A stretch of DNA of 63,400 nt, counting the filler. It is 5 parts of 5 records of this genome, joined end to end, with 100 filler letters (N's around TTAATTAATTAA, not from the genome) between each part and the next. Parts side by side here need not be neighbours in the genome. Positions count along the whole stretch, not along the records: positions 42,002 to 51,070 come from SRR31156797_2389; positions 51,171 to 63,400 come from SRR31156797_2392; 3 more parts are not named here. One strand, written 5' to 3'. The notes under the pieces were generated by a model, which was given only the letters and a program-made list of their open reading frames with translations, ran no database searches and was not told the origin of the DNA. The translations under genes were made by a program, and so were the position numbers. Within the stretch, counting starts at the first letter, position 1. The number at the start of each line of letters is the position of its first letter. Below are positions 42,002 to 54,100 of the stretch, piece by piece.

Positions 42002-43652
42002 AACTAATAATGTAGATACAAATAGTAGAACTTGTATGGCAAGTGCAGTTGTAGCATATAAAAAATCTTTGGGAGCAGATTATGTTCCCGTTAGAATGAA
42101 TGATATAGAAACAGCAAATCTTCTTATATTAGTTGGAGCAAATACAGCAGAAGCACATGTAGTTTTTCATAATAAAATAAAAAGAGCAAAGAAAAAAGGT
42201 CTTAAGATAATTGTTATAGACCCAAGATACACAGATACTGCAAAAATAGCTGACTTACACCTTCCTATAAAACCAGGTGGAGATATAGACTTTTTTAATC
42301 TTTTATCAAAAAGAATCATTGATGAAAATTTAGTAGATGAAGAGTTTGTAGAAAAAAATGTAAACAACTATGAATTACTAAAAAATAAATTTAAAAGAAT
42401 TGCCATAACAAAGATGTTAAAAAGAACTGGACTTTCAAAAGAACAATTTGAAGAGTTTTGGCAAATATATAAAGAGAATGAAAACATCATAACTGCTTGG
42501 ACAATGGGACTTAATCAATCAGTTCAAGGAGTTGATAAAAACTTAGCACTAATAAATACTCACCTTTTAACAGGAAAAATATTCAAAAAAGGGAATGGTC
42601 CTTTTTCACTAACTGGTCAACCAAATGCAATGGGTGGAAGAGAAGTTGGTGGACTATCAACTATGCTTGCAGTTCATTTAGGTTTTGATAAAGAATCTAT
42701 TGAAAAAGTTTCAAATTTTTGGGGAACAAAAAATATTGATAATAAACCAGGACTTACTGCAACACAAATGCTTGAAGCAGACCTTGATGTCTTAGTGATT
42801 TGCCATACAGACCCAATTTATCATTTACCAAACAGAAACAAGATGGAAGAGTTAATCAAAAAAATTCCAATGGTAATAGAGATAAATGCTTATGAAAACT
42901 CAGAGAGTGCAAAATTTGCTCATATTAGACTTCCTGCAGCTCCTTGGGGAGAAAAAGAGGGAACACAAACAAACTTAGATAGAACAATTACAAAACAAGA
43001 AAGACTAACAAGAACATCTATAGATTGTAAACCTGATTGGGAGATATTCCAACTTTTGGCTCAAAAATTAGGTTTTTCATTTGCATTTAATTACTCTCAT
43101 CCAAAAGAAATTTTTGAAGAATTTCAAGAGATGACAAAACTAAGTGACCACATGAATATACATGAAGCAAACTATGATGAACTATCAACTACACCATTTA
43201 TTTGGGGTGAAAATATCTATAAAAAAGGTGAGTTTCTTACAAAAGATAAAAAAGCAAATCTACATTTTGTAGAAAATAAACTGCTTAGTGAAAGTGCATC
43301 TTTAGAATTTCCTTTTATTCTTTTAACAGGAAGAACAAGAGACCAATGGCATAGTGGAACAAAAACAAATCTTCCTAAAACTCTTTTAAAATTTAAAGAG
43401 TTAGATTTTTGTGAAATAAATCAAGTTGATGCTATGGAATTGGGAATTTTAGATGGAGATAAAATAAAAATATCTTCAACAAGAGGTTCAATAGTATCAA
43501 AAGCCTTAATCACAAATAATATAAGAGAAAAAACAATCTTTTTACCAGTAAGTAATAGAAATATTAACTACCTTACAAATGATATATATGATAAAGAATC
43601 ATTAGAACCTGATTATAACCATAGTGCAGTAAAAATAGAAAAAATAGGATAA
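42002..43652 (+). CDS. nasA: Assimilatory nitrate reductase catalytic subunit (molybdopterin), 5'-truncated
   Basis: NNVDTNSRTCMASA, GPFSLTGQPNAMGGREVGG, LTGR.RDQWH; upstream of nirBD. Confidence 0.85.
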
Positions 43653-43656
43653 AAAA

Positions 43657-46110
43657 ATGAAAGAAAAATTAGTAGTAATTGGAAATGGTATGAGTGGTCT
43701 TCGAACTATTGAAGATCTATTAGAACTTGATTATTCTAAATATGAGATAACTATTTTTGGGGAAGAGCCATATGTTAACTATAATAGAATAATGCTTTCA
43801 TATATACTCTCTCAAGAAAAAACTTTTGAAGATACAATTATAAACCATCAAGAATGGTATGACAACAATAACATAACACTTTATAAAGCAGATAAAATTG
43901 TATCTATAAATAAAGATGCAAAAAAAGTTATTTCAGAAAGTGGAAAAGAAGTTGAGTATGACAAACTTTTAATTGCAACTGGTTCTACGCCTTTCATTCC
44001 TAAAACAACTGGAAGTGAACTTAAAAATGTAATTGCGTTTAGAACAAAAGCAGATGTAGATACTATTATTGACACAATTGACAAATCTAAAACAGCAGTA
44101 GTTGTAGGTGGTGGACTTTTAGGGTTGGAAGCTGCTTATGGTATTGCTATGCATGATGTTAAAACTATCTTAGTTCATAGAAGCGGTTCAATTTTATCTC
44201 AACAACTAGATTCAACAGGTGGAAAACTTTTACAAAAAAACTTAGAAAGCTATGGAATTGAGTTTAAACTAAATACAACAGTTACTAATATTAAGGGTTC
44301 AAAGAAAGTAGAAAAAGTTGAGTTTAGTGATGGAACAACAGTCCAATCAAATATAGTAGTTTTTGCAACTGGGATTATTCCACACAAACAATTAGCTCTT
44401 GATGCAGATTTAAAATGTAACAAAGGGATTGTGGTAGATGATTTTCTAAAAACATCAGATGATTCTATTTTTGCAATTGGTGAATGTGTAGAACATAGTG
44501 GAAATACATATGGATTAGTTGCACCACTATATGAACAAGCAAAAGTTTTATCAAAATACTTAGCAAACAAAGAAACAGAAGGATATAGTGGTTCAACACT
44601 ATCAACAAGACTGAAAATATCAGGGGTAGATTTATTTTCAGCAGGTAATTATTTAGGTGATGAAACAACTGAAGAGTTAATCTTACTTGATGAAAAAATT
44701 GGAATATATAAAAAACTAGTAATTTTTGATAATAAAATCATAGGTATAGTTCTTTATGGAGAAACAAATGATGCTTCATGGTATCTAAAACTTCTAAAAG
44801 AAGAAACAGATATAAGTGATTTAAGAAGTAAAATACTATTTGGAAAATCTGCATTAGGTGACAGCGGTCATGGTGGAGATGATGTGAATGCAATTGCAGA
44901 TGATGAAGAGGTTTGTGGATGTAATGGTGTTTGTAAAGGTGATATTGTAAATGCTATCAAAGATAAAGATTTAAAATCACTTTCAGATGTTAAAGCCTGT
45001 ACAAAAGCTGGTGCTTCATGTGGATCTTGTAGTGGTTTAGTTGAACAAATTCTAGTAAATACTTTAGGTGATGAATACAATGCAGTTGAAGAGGGAATTT
45101 GTTCATGTACAACTCACCCACACAAAGTGATTAAAAAAACTATTGACGAAGGTGAGTTTGAAACAGTTTATGATGTATTTAGAAAACTTGATTGGAAGAC
45201 AGAAGATGGTTGTGCAAAATGTAGACCAGCAGTTAACTACTATTTATTAGTTAAATACAATGATGATAAATATAAAAATGACAAAAGAAGTGCTTTAGTA
45301 AACGATAGAATGTTTGCAAATATCCAAAAAGATGGTACTTATTCTGTGGTACCTAGAATTTGGGGAGGATTAACAAGCCCACAAGAGTTAAAAGATATTG
45401 CTGATATTGCAGTTAAATATGATGTACCAACAGTTAAATTCACTGGGGGACAAAGACTTGATATGCTAGGAGTTAAAAAAGAGCAACTAGAGCCTATGTG
45501 GAAAGATTTAAATGATTGTGGTTTTGTATCAGGACAAGCTTATGCAAAGGGTTTAAGAACTGTTAAAACCTGTGTTGGAAATACTTGGTGTAGATTTGGT
45601 ACACAAGATTCTATGAATATGGGTGTAAGACTTGAAAAACTTACATGGGGAAGCTGGACACCACATAAATTTAAAATTGCGGTATCAGGATGTCCTAGAA
45701 ACTGTGCCGAAGCAACTATCAAAGATTTAGGAGTTATTGGAGTTGATTCTGGATGGGAGATACATATTGCTGGAAATGGTGGTATTAAAGTTAGAGTAAC
45801 AGACCTTTTATGTAAAGTTGAAACAGACGAAGAGTTAATAGAATACACAAAAGCATTTATGCAGTTTTATAGAGAAGATGCATATTATCTAGAAAGAACT
45901 GCCCACTGGGTTGAAAGAGTTGGACTTCAATATGTAAAAGATGTACTTTTTGATAAAGAAAAATTAGACTTTTATGCAAGAAGATTTGAAGTATCTCAAG
46001 AGTCTGCACAAATTGACCCTTGGGCAAAAGCAATTGAAGATGGGTTTACAAAAGAGTTTAATCCAATAGTTATTAACCCTTCACAATCACATAGCTTTGA
46101 AGCAAAATAG
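43657..46110 (+). CDS. nirB: NAD(P)H nitrite reductase large subunit
   Basis: GNGM, NYNRIMLS, GGGLLGLEAA, BFD-like Cys clusters, ANIQKDGTYSVVPR, VKTCVG..WCRFG, SGCPRNCAE. Confidence 0.96.
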   Translation: MKEKLVVIGNGMSGLRTIEDLLELDYSKYEITIFGEEPYVNYNRIMLSYILSQEKTFEDTIINHQEWYDNNNITLYKADKIVSINKDAKKVISESGKEVEYDKLLIATGSTPFIPKTTGSELKNVIAFRTKADVDTIIDTIDKSKTAVVVGGGLLGLEAAYGIAMHDVKTILVHRSGSILSQQLDSTGGKLLQKNLESYGIEFKLNTTVTNIKGSKKVEKVEFSDGTTVQSNIVVFATGIIPHKQLALDADLKCNKGIVVDDFLKTSDDSIFAIGECVEHSGNTYGLVAPLYEQAKVLSKYLANKETEGYSGSTLSTRLKISGVDLFSAGNYLGDETTEELILLDEKIGIYKKLVIFDNKIIGIVLYGETNDASWYLKLLKEETDISDLRSKILFGKSALGDSGHGGDDVNAIADDEEVCGCNGVCKGDIVNAIKDKDLKSLSDVKACTKAGASCGSCSGLVEQILVNTLGDEYNAVEEGICSCTTHPHKVIKKTIDEGEFETVYDVFRKLDWKTEDGCAKCRPAVNYYLLVKYNDDKYKNDKRSALVNDRMFANIQKDGTYSVVPRIWGGLTSPQELKDIADIAVKYDVPTVKFTGGQRLDMLGVKKEQLEPMWKDLNDCGFVSGQAYAKGLRTVKTCVGNTWCRFGTQDSMNMGVRLEKLTWGSWTPHKFKIAVSGCPRNCAEATIKDLGVIGVDSGWEIHIAGNGGIKVRVTDLLCKVETDEELIEYTKAFMQFYREDAYYLERTAHWVERVGLQYVKDVLFDKEKLDFYARRFEVSQESAQIDPWAKAIEDGFTKEFNPIVINPSQSHSFEAK

Positions 46111-46119
46111 GAGAAAATA

Positions 46120-46425
46120 ATGGCGTGGTATAAAATAGTTCAAATTGAAGATATCCCTCAAATGGGTTCTAGAAAAATTGTTATTGAAGAAACAGAAATT
46201 GCAGTGTTTAAAACTAAAGATGGTTCAATCTTTGCAGTGAATAATACCTGTCCCCACAAACAAGGAAAACTTTCTGAAGGATTAGTACATGAACACATGA
46301 TTACTTGTCCTTTACACAATACAGATATTGATTTAAATTCTGGCGAAGCTATTGGTGAAGATTATGGATGTGCAAAAACTTATGAAACTAAAATAGAAGA
46401 TGGAGTGTTATATCTATCTTATTAA
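46120..46425 (+). CDS. nirD: Nitrite reductase small subunit (Rieske-type)
   Basis: CPHKQG.LSEG...CPLH; follows nirB. Confidence 0.92.
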   Translation: MAWYKIVQIEDIPQMGSRKIVIEETEIAVFKTKDGSIFAVNNTCPHKQGKLSEGLVHEHMITCPLHNTDIDLNSGEAIGEDYGCAKTYETKIEDGVLYLSY

Positions 46426-46433
46426 AAGGGCTT

Positions 46434-47921
46434 TTAGCCCTTTGGTATAGCTCTAACTACCCTATTTCTTCCTGTATTTTTTGCTTTATATAGAAGTTCA
46501 TCTGCTTTATGCAAAATCTCATCTATTGATTCATTTTTATTTTCTTTAAATACAACTCCCATAGAAATTGTAAACTTAATAGATTTATCTCTTACTTTTA
46601 TTAAAGAATTTTCACATTTATGTCTTATCTTTTCAGATAACTCATAAACTTCATTCTCTTTTTTATCAAAGATTGTTATTGCAAATTCTTCTCCACCTAA
46701 ACGACCAAAAACCATATTCTTTTTGATAATTTCATTTACTGTATTACAAAAATCAATTAAAACTTTATCTCCGGTATCGTGACCATAAGTGTCATTAATC
46801 TTCTTAAAATGATCAATATCAATCATTAAAATTGCAAAGTTTTTATTTTCATTATTTGATTTTTTAAGAAGTTTTATACTGTTTTCAAAAAAGTTTGCTC
46901 TATTTCTAATACTTGTCAAAAAGTCAGTATGTGCAAGTTTATAAAGCTCTTTATTTTTATTCTTTAAACTTCTATAAGCTCTTGTTAGCTGCTTTGTTCT
47001 TTTTTCAACTTTTTCATTTAAAAGCTCATTTTGTTCTATTATCAATTTTTGTTTTTGATAAATAACTATAAATACTATCAGTAAAATTAAAGCACCTATA
47101 AAATTAAAAACTGTTATTGTATTTTTACCTTGAAGGATAATTGAGTTTTTATTTGATGTTATAAATGTTGTTAAGTATTCATTTTTAAAATTGAAAAACT
47201 CTATGGTATTAGTAATACTATTTCCACTAATTTCTACATATGCTTTTACATTTTTTAAGTGTTTTAAATTAATATTTATATCAGATTTAGTTTTTAGCAT
47301 ATCAATATTTTTTAAGACTATATCATCAAATATTGAACTTGTAATTTGTTTTAAATAATCTAAATCAACATGCTTGACAGCAAGTATATATCCTCTATAT
47401 TGTCCTAAAAAATCACTTCTTAGAATATTAGATTTAAAGACATAAAATAACTTGTTATCAAATTTATATAAAGTTGAGAGTTCAGGACTGTTTCTTAGAT
47501 TTTTAATTAAATCAGTTTCAAGTTTATTTTTATTTATGTGAGATATACCTACTCTCTTATTATATGTAGAAAAAACAATTTCCTCGTTTTTATTAACAAA
47601 TATAAAAGCATCTATATTTAAATCTTCTAAGGTCTGAGAATCTTTTCTAAAATTTTCATAAATAAATATATCATTTTTATTTTTTATAAAATTATAGGCT
47701 TCATCCCATTTAGAGTAATCATTTGTGATTTTTTCTAAATCAATTAAATCTTCATTTAAAATATTAACAAGAGAAACAATATTATCTTTATTTTGTCTCT
47801 CTTCTAATGAGATAAAATCATCAATAAAAAATTTATAACTTAATGAACCTAAAAAAACACCCAAAAATATGTATGTTGCAATCAATGAGAGAAGTGTTTT
47901 TGTAGTTTTTCTACTAGCCAT
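46434..47921 (-). CDS. Membrane-bound diguanylate cyclase (CHASE4 + GGDEF)
   Basis: DYSKWDEAY (CHASE4-like), DIDHFKKINDTYGH, RLGGEEF. Confidence 0.9.
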   Translation of the reverse strand: MASRKTTKTLLSLIATYIFLGVFLGSLSYKFFIDDFISLEERQNKDNIVSLVNILNEDLIDLEKITNDYSKWDEAYNFIKNKNDIFIYENFRKDSQTLEDLNIDAFIFVNKNEEIVFSTYNKRVGISHINKNKLETDLIKNLRNSPELSTLYKFDNKLFYVFKSNILRSDFLGQYRGYILAVKHVDLDYLKQITSSIFDDIVLKNIDMLKTKSDININLKHLKNVKAYVEISGNSITNTIEFFNFKNEYLTTFITSNKNSIILQGKNTITVFNFIGALILLIVFIVIYQKQKLIIEQNELLNEKVEKRTKQLTRAYRSLKNKNKELYKLAHTDFLTSIRNRANFFENSIKLLKKSNNENKNFAILMIDIDHFKKINDTYGHDTGDKVLIDFCNTVNEIIKKNMVFGRLGGEEFAITIFDKKENEVYELSEKIRHKCENSLIKVRDKSIKFTISMGVVFKENKNESIDEILHKADELLYKAKNTGRNRVVRAIPKG

Positions 47922-48005
47922 TTTTTCTTTCCTATAAAATTATTTATTTATAAAAAATCAACTAATGTTTATTCTAATAATTATATCATTTCTATAGAAA
48001 AAATA

Positions 48006-49007
48006 CTAATTCTTTAAATTTTTATTTCCAATATTTTCAATTAAAACTGTAGCATAAGAACTTTTTTGTAAAGTAAAACTTATTTTTAATTTTTCATTTT
48101 TTTTGTCATACTTTGTTTCAATATTAGAAGGGAAAACTATGGCATCACGCCTAAAACCTCTTTCTTGTATATACATGTCATCAAATAGTTCTTCTAATTC
48201 TCTAGCTTTCCCTAAACTTCTAAAAACTTTTCTTCCAGGTAGCAAACCAGTTGGAACAATCTGTTTATTTAAAAAGTTTTCCATGATTGTTTCATTTATT
48301 TTTTTAGGTGTAAAAAACTTATCTTTTTTGTATTCTTTGAAAACATCTCCATCCAACAAGCTAAAAGTTTCATCACTTAACTCTATTCTTTTTGCAAGCC
48401 AAGAATTAAAAAATTCACTTTGATATTGTGAAATCAACATTTTCGATAGTTTCTTATCCTTGATTGTTAAGTCTCCATATATTAAAGCTTTTGCCTTTTC
48501 TAAGTTATCTTCAACATCTTTTCCAAACCTTTGATACCCAAAATAGTTTGGCATACCAACTTTTGATATCTCTTTTATTACTTTTTCAATTTTATATAAA
48601 TCATCTTGCTTAACCTCATGTAGGTTTATAATAAAATGGTTACCGACTAAATCTCCAATATTTAAACTTGATGTGTGAAGTGTAGTCTCTAATATTTCTA
48701 TATTTTTTGATTTAAATTTTTGTATCTCTTTTGAGTATTTTTTCGGGATTGAGATATATTGTGTAGTTGTTGCATTTTTGTCTTTTAGCCCTGCATATCC
48801 TAATTCATTTTCATATATTTTCAGTTGTTTTGAAAGTTTTGCTAACAGGTCCCATGTACCTAAATCTTTTTTTCTTATTTTTGCAATTATAAAGTTTCCT
48901 CTGTTTGCAAATTTTATAGGTTGTTCTTCAACAATAAAATCTTCATTATTTTGAAAAAATTTGAAACCTATTGGTTTATGATTTTGTATAAATACTCTTT
49001 TTCCCAT
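48006..49007 (-). CDS. truD: tRNA pseudouridine(13) synthase
   Basis: EDFIVEE, GYAGLKDK.A.T.Q, PNYFGYQRFG, SYAT. Confidence 0.95.
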   Translation of the reverse strand: MGKRVFIQNHKPIGFKFFQNNEDFIVEEQPIKFANRGNFIIAKIRKKDLGTWDLLAKLSKQLKIYENELGYAGLKDKNATTTQYISIPKKYSKEIQKFKSKNIEILETTLHTSSLNIGDLVGNHFIINLHEVKQDDLYKIEKVIKEISKVGMPNYFGYQRFGKDVEDNLEKAKALIYGDLTIKDKKLSKMLISQYQSEFFNSWLAKRIELSDETFSLLDGDVFKEYKKDKFFTPKKINETIMENFLNKQIVPTGLLPGRKVFRSLGKARELEELFDDMYIQERGFRRDAIVFPSNIETKYDKKNEKLKISFTLQKSSYATVLIENIGNKNLKN

Positions 49008-49066
49008 CTCTATTCTTTATTTTAAATTTTGGTATTATACTGTCAAACTACTAACAAGGGTTTAAA

Positions 49067-49414
49067 ATGGATTTAAAAAATATAGAAAACTTAATTGCTA
49101 AATTTTCCAAAGATAGAGACTGGGATAAATTTCATAATCCAAAAAATTTAGTTATGGCGATGAGCGTTGAAGCTTCTGAATTAGTTGAAATATTTCAATG
49201 GCTTGATTTTGAACAAGCAAAAAACCTATCTGATGATAAAAAAGAACATGCAAAACAAGAGATTGCAGATATCGTAATCTATCTTACTAGAATATGTATG
49301 GCTTATGATATAGATTTAGAAAAGGCAATTCTAGAAAAAATGAAATTAAATGAAAAGAAATATCCACTTTTTGATAAGAATGGAAATAAAATAGAATACG
49401 GAAAGAAAAAATGA
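49067..49414 (+). CDS. MazG-like nucleotide pyrophosphohydrolase (dCTP pyrophosphatase-like)
   Basis: RDWDKFHNPKNL, EASELVEIFQW, EIAD, K...N..KYP. Confidence 0.9.
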   Translation: MDLKNIENLIAKFSKDRDWDKFHNPKNLVMAMSVEASELVEIFQWLDFEQAKNLSDDKKEHAKQEIADIVIYLTRICMAYDIDLEKAILEKMKLNEKKYPLFDKNGNKIEYGKKK

Positions 49415-49902
49415 AAAAAATATATATAGCTGGACCTGATGTATTTGAAAAAGATTCTATAGAGTTAGGAAAAGAGTATGTAGATCTTTGTGAGAAATAT
49501 GGATTTGAAGGTTTATATCCTTTAGATAATGTAATCGATTTTAATCAAGAGAAAAGAAAAATTGCAAAAGATATATTTGAAGCAAATAGAAATCTAATAG
49601 ACCAATGTGATATAGTTATTGCAAACCTAAACTCTTTTAGAGGGAAAGAAGCTGATAGTGGAACAGTTTGGGAGTGTGGGTATGCAAGTGCATTAGGTAA
49701 AAAAGTGTATGGATATATAAATAGAGCAAACTATTATATTGACCAGTTTGATGAAACTGAAAAATATAAAGAAAATGATTCTTATTTTGACAATGAAAAT
49801 AGAGCTATTGAAGATTTTGATTATCCTCTTAACCTTATGATTTCTTGTTCTGTAGAAGATATAATTTTAGGTGATTTTGAAGAGGTGTTATCACATTTAT
49901 GA
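49411..49902 (+). CDS. Nucleoside 2-deoxyribosyltransferase / nucleotide N-glycosidase family protein
   Basis: IYIAGPDVF, DSGTVWECGYA, NLM. Confidence 0.9.
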   Translation: MKKIYIAGPDVFEKDSIELGKEYVDLCEKYGFEGLYPLDNVIDFNQEKRKIAKDIFEANRNLIDQCDIVIANLNSFRGKEADSGTVWECGYASALGKKVYGYINRANYYIDQFDETEKYKENDSYFDNENRAIEDFDYPLNLMISCSVEDIILGDFEEVLSHL

Positions 49903-49945
49903 TATAATATTTTTAATAATTTATTATTTCAATTAAGGATTTATT

Positions 49946-51070
49946 ATTTCAACAAAAAAACTTATAAATCAACTTAGAATCAAATATTCTTTAATTTTTA
50001 TAGTTATATCTGTAGTAACATATTTTATCCTTAATTTTATTGCCCAAGACAATAAAAAAAGATATCTAATACATACAACTGACACATATAAAATGGCTTA
50101 TAATAGTATTTTATATCAATACAAAGAACTTTCAGAAGTTATTTATACTGGTCTTTTAAAATTTACTAGAGTTGATGACAAATTATACCAAATAGAAAGA
50201 AAATCTCCTGAAGAAAGAATAGAGATTAGAAAAAGCTTATATCTGCAAACTATTCATAGATTTACAAGCTTAAAAGATAAAAAAATATTAAGTATAAATT
50301 ATATTCTTCCTGACAATACTCTTTTTTTAAAAATGAGCAACCCTTTAAAATACAATACTAAAATTAATGAAGACAAAGAGCTTATCAAGTATGTTCAAAG
50401 AAGTAAAAAAGAATTTTATAGTTATGAAGTTGTTAATAATGGATCAGGTTATAGATTTGCTTACCCAGTAATAAAAAATGATTCTTTTGTAGGTATTATT
50501 TGCATAACTTTCAGTGAACAAGCAATGACCTCTTCTATAATGAAACAATATGGAGTTGTTAGTAACTTCATAATTAAAAAAGATAAGTTAAATGAAGACT
50601 ATCTAAAACAAAGTAATAAATATCAAGATTCTCGTATAGAAGGTTTTTTACATAATAAAAATGTTTTGGAAGATATTAAAAACAACGCAAATAAATCAAT
50701 AAAAATGTTAAAACCAAATATAGAAACATCAAAATTTTTATACTCTTTAGGTAAAAAAAAGGAGGCAACTTCTGTTTTTATCAATGAAAGAGATTTTGTA
50801 GTTACATTGATTCCTGTATATCATCAAGTTACAAATGAATATCAAGGATTCATAAGCATAATAAGCAAAGGAAATATTATAAACTTGATAAACAACAATT
50901 ATCATACAATTTTTTCATTGTTTATATTTTTATATTTTGCAGTCTCTTTACTATTTTTGCAACAAAAAACAAAAAATATTTTAGAAAAAGAAAATATGGA
51001 AGAGATGTTAAAAAAAGACCAACAACTTCTAGAACAAGCTAAAATGGCACAAATGGGTGAGATGATAGGA
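49946..51070 (+). CDS. Sensor histidine kinase, 3'-truncated, probable ATT start
   Basis: Ends in QAKMAQMGEMIG (H-box lead-in); frame stays open 49 codons upstream of ATG 50093 and encodes the first TM helix. Confidence 0.75.
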
Positions 51071-51170
51071 NNNNNNNNNNNNNNNNNNNNNNNNNNNNNN
51101 NNNNNNNNNNNNNNTTAATTAATTAANNNNNNNNNNNNNNNNNNNNNNNNNNNNNNNNNNNNNNNNNNNN
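51071..51170. other. Artificial contig linker
   Basis: 44 N + TTAATTAATTAA + 44 N. Confidence 0.99.
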
Positions 51171-51189
51171 CATAATTTCCTATTATCCT

Positions 51190-54100
51190 TTATTTATTAT
51201 TATAGTTATTTAATTCTTTGTCTAAATCATTAACAAGTTTTGAAAAATATTTTTTTACGTCATCATTTATATATTCATATGAATCAATAATTTCATTTAT
51301 AGTAAATTTTTCTTTTTTTAATCCATATATTAAAAAACCTTTGATCGTATTAAATAATATATCTATATCTCCATCATCAATATCCTCTGTTTCTGATGAA
51401 AAACCATTTGTTTGAGGCCAATATATTTGAACTTTATTAGTAATAAAAGGTTTTCTATCTTCAGCGATACCATAATCATTTGGAAAAAACTTATTCATCA
51501 GGGAACTTGAAATATAATTTCTTTTAAAACGAATATATGAGTCTTCTAGTTTTTTTATATTATTAAAACTACTCTTATAACAATAACTGTAAAAGTCAAT
51601 ATTTATAAAAATACAATTATCAAATATAGTATTTGTAAAATAACAATCTCTCATATTTATATTGTAAAAGTAGGAATATGAAAAATTTACATTCTCAAGT
51701 TCTAAATATTTTAAAGTATAAGGATTAATAAATTTTTGAGTGTTAATTCCTATAAAAAAATTATTTGCCCATTGAGGAGTTCCTGTAGTATAAAGATATG
51801 ACCAATCATTCATCATACTAAAGAAGATCTCTGCTGAATTTATAGTTGAGTTAAAAAATTGTTCTTTTTCAATCTTTGTATATAATATATTTCCTACGAG
51901 TAATGCCATCCATTTATCTATATTGTGTGGTGTTCTTGAAAGAACTTCCGTTTCAATCTCTAAAACTTCATCATCAAATAAAGCCTTGTGAAAACTTGCT
52001 TTTGTAGTTAAATATTCATGTTTAGATTCAAGTATATTTTTAGCTAAATTAATAACTAAATTTAACTTTTCATCATCTATGCACCAATCATCTAGTAGTT
52101 TTTTAGGGATACCTTTTGAACTATCAAGTTTTACAGGTTTAAGCCATTCATACCATAAACTTTCACATCTTATATTTTTATTGTGTTTTTCAGTAGCTAA
52201 TGAAGCCATAAGAGGAAAAAGGAGTTTTCTTTTTTCTTTTTCTTTATTATTACAACTATCTTTTAAAAGTTGTAGTAGCTCCTTAAAAAATTCCATAGTT
52301 TGAGAGGTTGGTTCTCCTAAATTTAATAGAATTCTTGCATCTTTTACACTTGAAGTATCATCAAGTGCAAATTTTATAAAGATCTTTAAATAGTATTCTG
52401 CAAGAAGCATCTCTGCAAAAGATTGATGCTGAAAGTGTAAAAGATCATCTTTTGCACCAAAATATGAGTGAGAAAGAAACTTTATATCTGAAACTTTATC
52501 ATCTTTAAATTGTTCTAATACTTTATTATCATCTTCATTTATTTTATCACTTTCAAGTACTCTAAAAATATCTGCTTTTTTTAATGTACCTTGCTTACCT
52601 TGGTGTTTTTCATACATCCAAAGTGTAGCTATAGCATGAAGCACATTTCGAGACTCTATCTCATCTTTAAGATTGTATTCATGATCTTTGTCATCTATAT
52701 GTTTTGCTTCTTTTGTAAGAAGATTTAAAAAAGATAAATAAACTCCTGTTTTACCTATAGTTGAAAAGTCTATATTATTTATAATGAGCTGATAAACCAT
52801 ATATGCAAAGATAGGTCTTTTAAGTTCTTCTTCTGTAAGAGTTTCATTTTTTGTGAGTAAAGAATGAATATCTATCTCTTTTTCTTTTTTTATATTATCA
52901 ACTATTTTTTTAGTAAAGTTATTTGTTTTTATTGTATCTATTTTTAAATACTCTTTTATACTTGATTTTATCCAATCATTAAATTGCTCTTTTTTAAACC
53001 CGTGAACAGAAATATAGTATTGATTATTGTCTTTATCAGTATATGGAAGATGTTCTTTTATTTTTGAATCAAGACCATCGTCAAAAGGTCTTGATGTTAT
53101 GATAATTCGGTTATCTCTATTTGTAAGCGAATCATCTAAGTTTTGAATTTCTTTTATAGAATTTATAACATCTTCTACAGAGTGTTTATTTAAATCACCG
53201 CTTTCATCAAGTGAATCAACTAAAAACATATATTTTTTATTTTTAAAATCATCACTTGTTATATCAATTGCATACTCTTTTTTTAGAAAATCTGCTATCA
53301 CACCACATTTTGTATTAGATTGATAATTCTTATAATTCCTTAAATTAAAATATATTGGGATATATCCCTCTAAAGTATCTATGTACTCTTTTGCCAATTT
53401 AGAAGCATATTGTTTTAAAAATATTGATTTACCTTTACCGAAGTCAGCTATTATAAATACTATTTCTCTTAAGCATATTTTTGTTTTTTGTAAATAATAT
53501 TGATCTATTAGATCTTCTACCAAAAATAAATTCTCTTCATCATTCTTTTTATCTGTATTTAAAAGATTTGATATATTTTCCCATTTACCATAAGTATCTT
53601 CATATTTTAAATCTTCATCTTCTTTAAAACCTATTTTTTTAAGATTATACATGTCATATAAAAGTTCTGTTTCTCTTTCATTCAATATAAACTCTTTTAC
53701 CTCTTCTTTATGTCTTAAATAATTATCAGTACCAAAACATGTAACAATTGTATTTTCTATATTCTCGTTAAAATTTTTGAAAAATACTGTGTGCGAAACT
53801 GGTGAAAAACAAAGCTCATTAAAAAGTTTTTTTATATTTTCTTTTACAAAAACTACTATTGGGTGATACTTAGGTTGAAAAACTGTTAAAATTTCATCTG
53901 TATCAAATATTTCAATTTGAGTTTTTGTAATATCTTGAATAACTCTAATAACTTTTTCAATATCTTGAATATCTTTTTTCGGTAGTGCTACTTTTAAAGA
54001 TTCTCCAACTTGTATCAATGACGCCTGTAAATATATGGATAAACCATAGTTTTCAAGTTTCTTATCTGATTTTTTTTCAAAGTATACATCTATCTTATCT

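Noticed and set aside
42002-46425. nasA-nirB-nirD cluster as unusual
   Set aside because: Ordinary assimilatory nitrate/nitrite reduction operon
23234-51170. Recurring TTAATTAATTAA flanked by N runs, as a repeat or CRISPR-like array
   Set aside because: Identical 100-bp artificial six-frame-stop linkers
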